Shown here: positions 38,550 through 42,525 of the stretch, one piece after another | Position numbering within the stretch: position 1 is the first letter of the stretch | How the letters are laid out: every line of letters starts with the position of its first letter | Assembly (NCBI GenBank): GCA_035698945.1 | Contig: DASSBH010000071.1 | Span: 1-42,525, forward strand | Direction of reading: 5' to 3' | Source: Oleiagrimonas sp. | Lineage (GTDB): Bacteria; Pseudomonadota; Gammaproteobacteria; Xanthomonadales; Rhodanobacteraceae | DNA length: 42,525 nucleotides | The notes under the pieces: model-generated | Told to the model about the DNA's origin: nothing | The model's database searches: none | What the model saw: the letters and a program-made list of their open reading frames with translations, nothing else | Made by a program: the position numbers and the translations under genes

Positions 38550-39482
38550 TCAACGCGCGCCCAGCGCACGCCGAACCATGGCGATGAAACGCGCCTGATC
38601 CACCTCCAGCACGATGCGCGCGTTGGCGGGACGCCCCAGGCGATTTTCCCAGTCCACCACGGTGGCGCCGCGGGTCAGTTTGCCGTCCAGTTCGATGTCG
38701 ACGTGATGCTCCACCGACTGCGTGATGCACTCCGGATCCAGCGCCACGGCCATGGCCACGGCGTCGGCAGCCACCAGCCCGTGGCGACCGCGCTGGGCAT
38801 TCCAGGCGCGCGACTTGCCGACGATGGCGCGGAAAAAGTCCGCGCGCGCATCGCCCGCATCCAGCCATTGGTCAAATGCATCGCCCTCGAAGGCATGGCG
38901 CAGCGTCAATTCCCAATCGACCAGGTCAAACCGGGGGAAGCTTTCGAACACCACATGCGCCGCTTCCGGGTCGAAGCCGATATTGAACTCGGCCGGCACG
39001 CGCAGAGTGTTGCCATGGCCATTGACCGCCCCGCCCATGATGACGAGCCGCGCGACCCGCTCGGGCAGCGACGGATCCAGACGCAAGGCCAGCGCCAGGT
39101 TGGTCAGCGGCCCCAGCGCCACCAGCGTCAGTTCGCCAGGACGCTCGCGGGTCAGTCGCAACAGGGCTTGCGCCGCGGATTCGGCGGCAGCTTGCGGTAC
39201 GGGATCGGGATAACCCACATCGCCGAAACCGTCGCTGCCATGCACCAGCGCGGCGTCTTCCATCGGCGCGCAGACCAGCGGCGTCGGACAGCCGGGAAAT
39301 ACCGGCACGTCGACGTCGCCAAGTTCCACCAGTCGGCACGCATTGCGCACCGTATGCTCAAGCCCGACATTGCCGGCGGCAATGGTCAACGCCGCGACAT
39401 CGGCATGCGCCCACGCCATCAGGATGGCCAGCGCGTCGTCCACGCCGGGGTCGGTGTCGATCAGGAGTTGCGGTCGGGCCAT
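38550..39482 (-). CDS. Inosine/uridine-preferring nucleoside hydrolase family protein
   Basis: [43 protein letters not shown]. Confidence 0.93.
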   Translation of the reverse strand: MARPQLLIDTDPGVDDALAILMAWAHADVAALTIAAGNVGLEHTVRNACRLVELGDVDVPVFPGCPTPLVCAPMEDAALVHGSDGFGDVGYPDPVPQAAAESAAQALLRLTRERPGELTLVALGPLTNLALALRLDPSLPERVARLVIMGGAVNGHGNTLRVPAEFNIGFDPEAAHVVFESFPRFDLVDWELTLRHAFEGDAFDQWLDAGDARADFFRAIVGKSRAWNAQRGRHGLVAADAVAMAVALDPECITQSVEHHVDIELDGKLTRGATVVDWENRLGRPANARIVLEVDQARFIAMVRRALGAR

Positions 39483-39556
39483 GGCATCGTGTCTTGCTCG
39501 GATAATCGTTGATGGTAACCCCGAAGACATGTTTGCCCGCAAGTAAACGATGACGA

Positions 39557-39630
39557 GTAGGGTGGGCACTGCCCGCCATAAAAGGTTCACGCACGCGCAG
39601 GCCTTGTTCGGCGGGCAGCGCCCGCCCTAC
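39557..39630. repeat. GTAG-type REP doublet, copy 4
   Basis: GTAGGGTGGGCACTGCCCGCC ... GGCGGGCAGCGCCCGCCCTAC, abutting the recG stop codon. Confidence 0.85.
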
Positions 39631-41715
39631 TCAGGCGTCGGCGTAGCGTGCGCTGCCGCCGACCCAGCGCGTGACCAGGCGCGTGGCCTGGCGCGGAGCG
39701 TCGCGCAACATGGCCTCGCCGACGTGTTGCACATCCGGCAGCAAATGCGCATCGCGGGTCAGGTCGGCGACGCGGAACTCCAGACGGCCGGTCTGGCGCG
39801 TGCCCAGCACTTCGCCGGGGCCACGCAACTCCAGATCCTTCTCGGCGATGCGGAAACCGTCGCTGGTGTCGCGCATCACTTCCAGCCGCTGGCGCGCCAG
39901 CGTGGACAACGGCGGGCGGTACAGCAGCACGCAACTGGATGCCACGTGGCCGCGCCCGACGCGCCCGCGCAACTGGTGCACCTGCGCCAGGCCCAGGCGC
40001 TCGGCGTTTTCGATCACCATCAGGCTGGCATTGGGCACATCCACGCCCACCTCGATCACGGTGGTGGCGACCAGCACGGCGGTCTTGCCCGACTTGAAGG
40101 CATCCATCGCCGCCTGCTTTTCCTTCGGTTTCATGCGCCCGTGCACGAGGCCGACCGCGAGGCTCGGCAAGGCCGCCACCAGCTCGGCGTGCGCGACCTC
40201 GGCAGCCTGCGCCTCGAGTTGCTCGGACTCCTCGATCAACGTGCACACCCAGTACGCCTGCCGACCCTCGGCGCAAGCAGCGCGGATGCGCTCGACGACT
40301 TGCTCACGCCGCGTGTGCGACACGGCCACGGTCTTGACCGGCGTGCGCCCCGGCGGCAGTTCGTCGATGCTGGAAACGTCCAGGTCAGCGTACGCGCTCA
40401 TGGCCAGGGTGCGCGGGATCGGCGTGGCGGTGAGCACCAGTTGATGCGGCACCAGCGCGCCGTCCCTGCCCTTGTCGCGCAGGCTGAGGCGCTGGTGCAC
40501 GCCGAAGCGATGCTGTTCGTCGATGATGACCAGGCCGAGGCGCGCAAACTCGACGCCCTCCTGCATCAGCGCATGCGTGCCGACCACGACACCGGCATCG
40601 CCGGCGGCATCGGCCAGCGCCGTCTTGCGTGCCCTGCCCTGCACCTTGCCGGCCAGCCACGCCACTTTGATGCCAAGCGGTTCGAGCCAGGCGCGGAAAT
40701 TGACCAGATGCTGCTCGGCCAGCAATTCGGTGGGCGCCATCAGCGCCACTTGACGACCCGCGCTCACCGCCGCCAGGGCGGCCATGGCCGCGACAACCGT
40801 CTTGCCGCTGCCGACATCGCCCTGCACCAGACGCAACATCGGTTCGTCACCGGCCATGTCCCGGGCCACCTCGGCCTCAACCCGTTGCTGGGCGTCAGTC
40901 AGGCGAAACGGCAGCGCGTCGAGGAAACGCCGCGTCAGCGCCTTGTCCACGGCCAGACGCGGCGCACGATGCTTGCGCACCTGCGAGCGCAATTGCTTCA
41001 GACCCAGATGCTGGGCCAGCAGCTCTTCGAAGGCCAACCGTTGCAGGGCCGGATGTTGTCCGGAAACCAGTTTCGTCACGTCCGCACCGACGGGGGGACG
41101 GTGCACGCAAAGCAGAGCCTCGCGCAACGAACCCAGACCCAGTGGCGCGCGCAGGGTTTCGGGGATCAGTTCCAGTTGCGCATCCGCTGGCAGGCATTCG
41201 AGCGCCTGTTCCACCACCCGCGCCAGACGCTTCTGGCCCAGGCCCTCGGTACTCGGATAGATCGGCGTCAGGCGCTGTTCCAGCGGCGCGCCGCGAACCA
41301 CGCAGCTGTATTGCGGATGCACCATTTCCGGCCCCTGCGCACCAAAGCGCACATCGCCGAAGCAACGCAGGCGCATGCCCGGTCGCAGCGCCTCGACCTG
41401 CGCACGGCGGAAATGGAAAAAACGCAGCAGCAAGGTGCCACCCTGGTCGTCGACCAGCGCCACGCGCAGCTGCGGGCGGTAACGAAAACTGTTTTCCGCC
41501 ATCTCGACCACGCCCTCGACCAGGGCGGATTGCCCCGCAACCAGTTCATCCACGGCGGTGATGCGGGTTCGATCCTCGTAACGCAGCGGCAGGTGGAACC
41601 AGACATCCTGCACGCGCTCCAGACCCAGCCGCGTCAGGGCGGACGACAACGCCGGGCCGACGCCTTTCAGCGTGCCCAACGATTGCATGCCGGGATGGGT
41701 GGAGTGGTCGGTCAC
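39631..41715 (-). CDS. recG: ATP-dependent DNA helicase RecG
   Basis: LKGVGP, HLPLRYEDR, wedge domain, QGDVGSGKT, APTELLAEQH, DEQHRFG, TATPIPRTL, HQLRGRVGRG, RGPGE. Confidence 0.98.
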   Translation of the reverse strand: MTDHSTHPGMQSLGTLKGVGPALSSALTRLGLERVQDVWFHLPLRYEDRTRITAVDELVAGQSALVEGVVEMAENSFRYRPQLRVALVDDQGGTLLLRFFHFRRAQVEALRPGMRLRCFGDVRFGAQGPEMVHPQYSCVVRGAPLEQRLTPIYPSTEGLGQKRLARVVEQALECLPADAQLELIPETLRAPLGLGSLREALLCVHRPPVGADVTKLVSGQHPALQRLAFEELLAQHLGLKQLRSQVRKHRAPRLAVDKALTRRFLDALPFRLTDAQQRVEAEVARDMAGDEPMLRLVQGDVGSGKTVVAAMAALAAVSAGRQVALMAPTELLAEQHLVNFRAWLEPLGIKVAWLAGKVQGRARKTALADAAGDAGVVVGTHALMQEGVEFARLGLVIIDEQHRFGVHQRLSLRDKGRDGALVPHQLVLTATPIPRTLAMSAYADLDVSSIDELPPGRTPVKTVAVSHTRREQVVERIRAACAEGRQAYWVCTLIEESEQLEAQAAEVAHAELVAALPSLAVGLVHGRMKPKEKQAAMDAFKSGKTAVLVATTVIEVGVDVPNASLMVIENAERLGLAQVHQLRGRVGRGHVASSCVLLYRPPLSTLARQRLEVMRDTSDGFRIAEKDLELRGPGEVLGTRQTGRLEFRVADLTRDAHLLPDVQHVGEAMLRDAPRQATRLVTRWVGGSARYADA

Positions 41716-41796
41716 CCCGGCAAGCCTACCTTGTGATGGCCGTCCGGGGCAGCAGGCTTCTGCCCCGGACGGCTGTCAGCCACGGCCGACAATGCC

Positions 41797-42183
41797 TCAA
41801 CGGCCGCCCACCATGATCGCATCCACCTCGACCAGCGCGCCCTTGGGCAGCGCCGAAACCTCGATGGTGGAACGCGCCGGGTACGGCTTGGCAAAGTATT
41901 CAGCCATCACCGCGTTGACCTCGGCGAAATGACCCAGGTCGGTGACGTAGATGCCCACGCGCACGATGTCGGACAGATCGCCGCCGGCGGCCTTGCATAC
42001 AGCCTTGAGGTTGTCGAACACGCGCCGCGCCTGGGCGTCGATGTCGCCCTCGACCATGTTGCCGCTGGCCGGATCCAGCGGAATCTGACCGGAAAAATAC
42101 ACGGTGTCGCCGCTGCGCACCGCCTGCGAGTAGGGGCCGATGGCGGAGGGCGCCTGATCGGTGGTGATGATGGTGTGGGGCAT
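41797..42183 (-). CDS. RidA/YjgF reactive-intermediate deaminase
   Basis: APSAIGPYSQAV, SGQIPLDP, YPARS, LPKGALVEVDA. Confidence 0.95.
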   Translation of the reverse strand: MPHTIITTDQAPSAIGPYSQAVRSGDTVYFSGQIPLDPASGNMVEGDIDAQARRVFDNLKAVCKAAGGDLSDIVRVGIYVTDLGHFAEVNAVMAEYFAKPYPARSTIEVSALPKGALVEVDAIMVGGR

Positions 42184-42307
42184 GGCGACTCCTTGGGTGA
42201 TGGCGTCCCCTGCGAGTGGGTTCGCACGGCGGAAGCACCAGCATAGCGGGTGGCCGTGGCGAATGAATTCTTTTGCCGCCGTTGGCGGGATTGTTTCGCC
42301 TGACGGC

Positions 42308-42525
42308 GGGTATCGCGCCCTGCGGGCGCTCGTTCATTTTCTTTGCTTGCCCAAAGAAAACGAACCACAAACGCGTCAGGAACGCGTTTGAACGGCGAAG
42401 CCGGCCCGAAGGGCGGAGGGCAGGAAGCCCGGAGTAAAAGAAAGGGCACCCCGGCAGACAGCGCCCTTCGGGTGCGCTCCCGGGTTCCGGGGTTTTTCCG
42501 AAGGGCCTTCCTGGCCCTCGGAAAA
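42308..42525. repeat. Composite multi-hairpin intergenic repeat, possibly running off the window
   Basis: Hairpins CGCCC/GGGCG, GTTC-ATTTTCTTTG..CAAAGAAAA-CGAAC, CAAACGCGT/ACGCGTTTG, GCCC-GAA-GGGC, GGGC..GCCC and TTTTCCGA-AGGGCC..GGCCCT-CGGAAAA. Confidence 0.75.

Overview
GC-rich chromosomal segment whose gene content and order point to a Xanthomonadales/Rhodanobacteraceae-type gammaproteobacterium (taxonomy inferred, not proven). It is mostly core genome: SLC13 permease (partial), trmB, a secreted FecR/DUF6600-like protein, tRNA-Gly(CCC), a ColRS-like OmpR-family two-component system, a Rieske protein, a MacAB/FtsX-type ABC exporter operon, a MocR/GabR regulator divergent from an Oar-like TonB-dependent receptor (TBDR), FAA hydrolase, mscL, MarR, a macro-domain protein, a moxR-DUF58-DUF4381-vWA-vWA/TPR-BatD operon, pilMNOPQ, PBP1a, gltA, type-B L31, nucleoside hydrolase, recG and RidA, plus four families of intergenic palindromic repeats. 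No integrase, transposase, phage gene, CRISPR array or recognisable defence system was seen. The most interesting signals are non-coding. (1) A candidate ~115-nt small RNA lies between tRNA-Gly and the two-component system, with its own promoter-like elements and terminator; its C-rich loop region is perfectly complementary over 12 nt to the ribosome-binding site of the TBDR 10 kb away. (2) The TBDR 3' UTR carries a second structured C-rich-loop RNA. (3) The MocR regulator lacks the PLP Schiff-base lysine. Together they suggest an untested sRNA-based circuit controlling an outer-membrane receptor. This is a hypothesis from visual inspection only.
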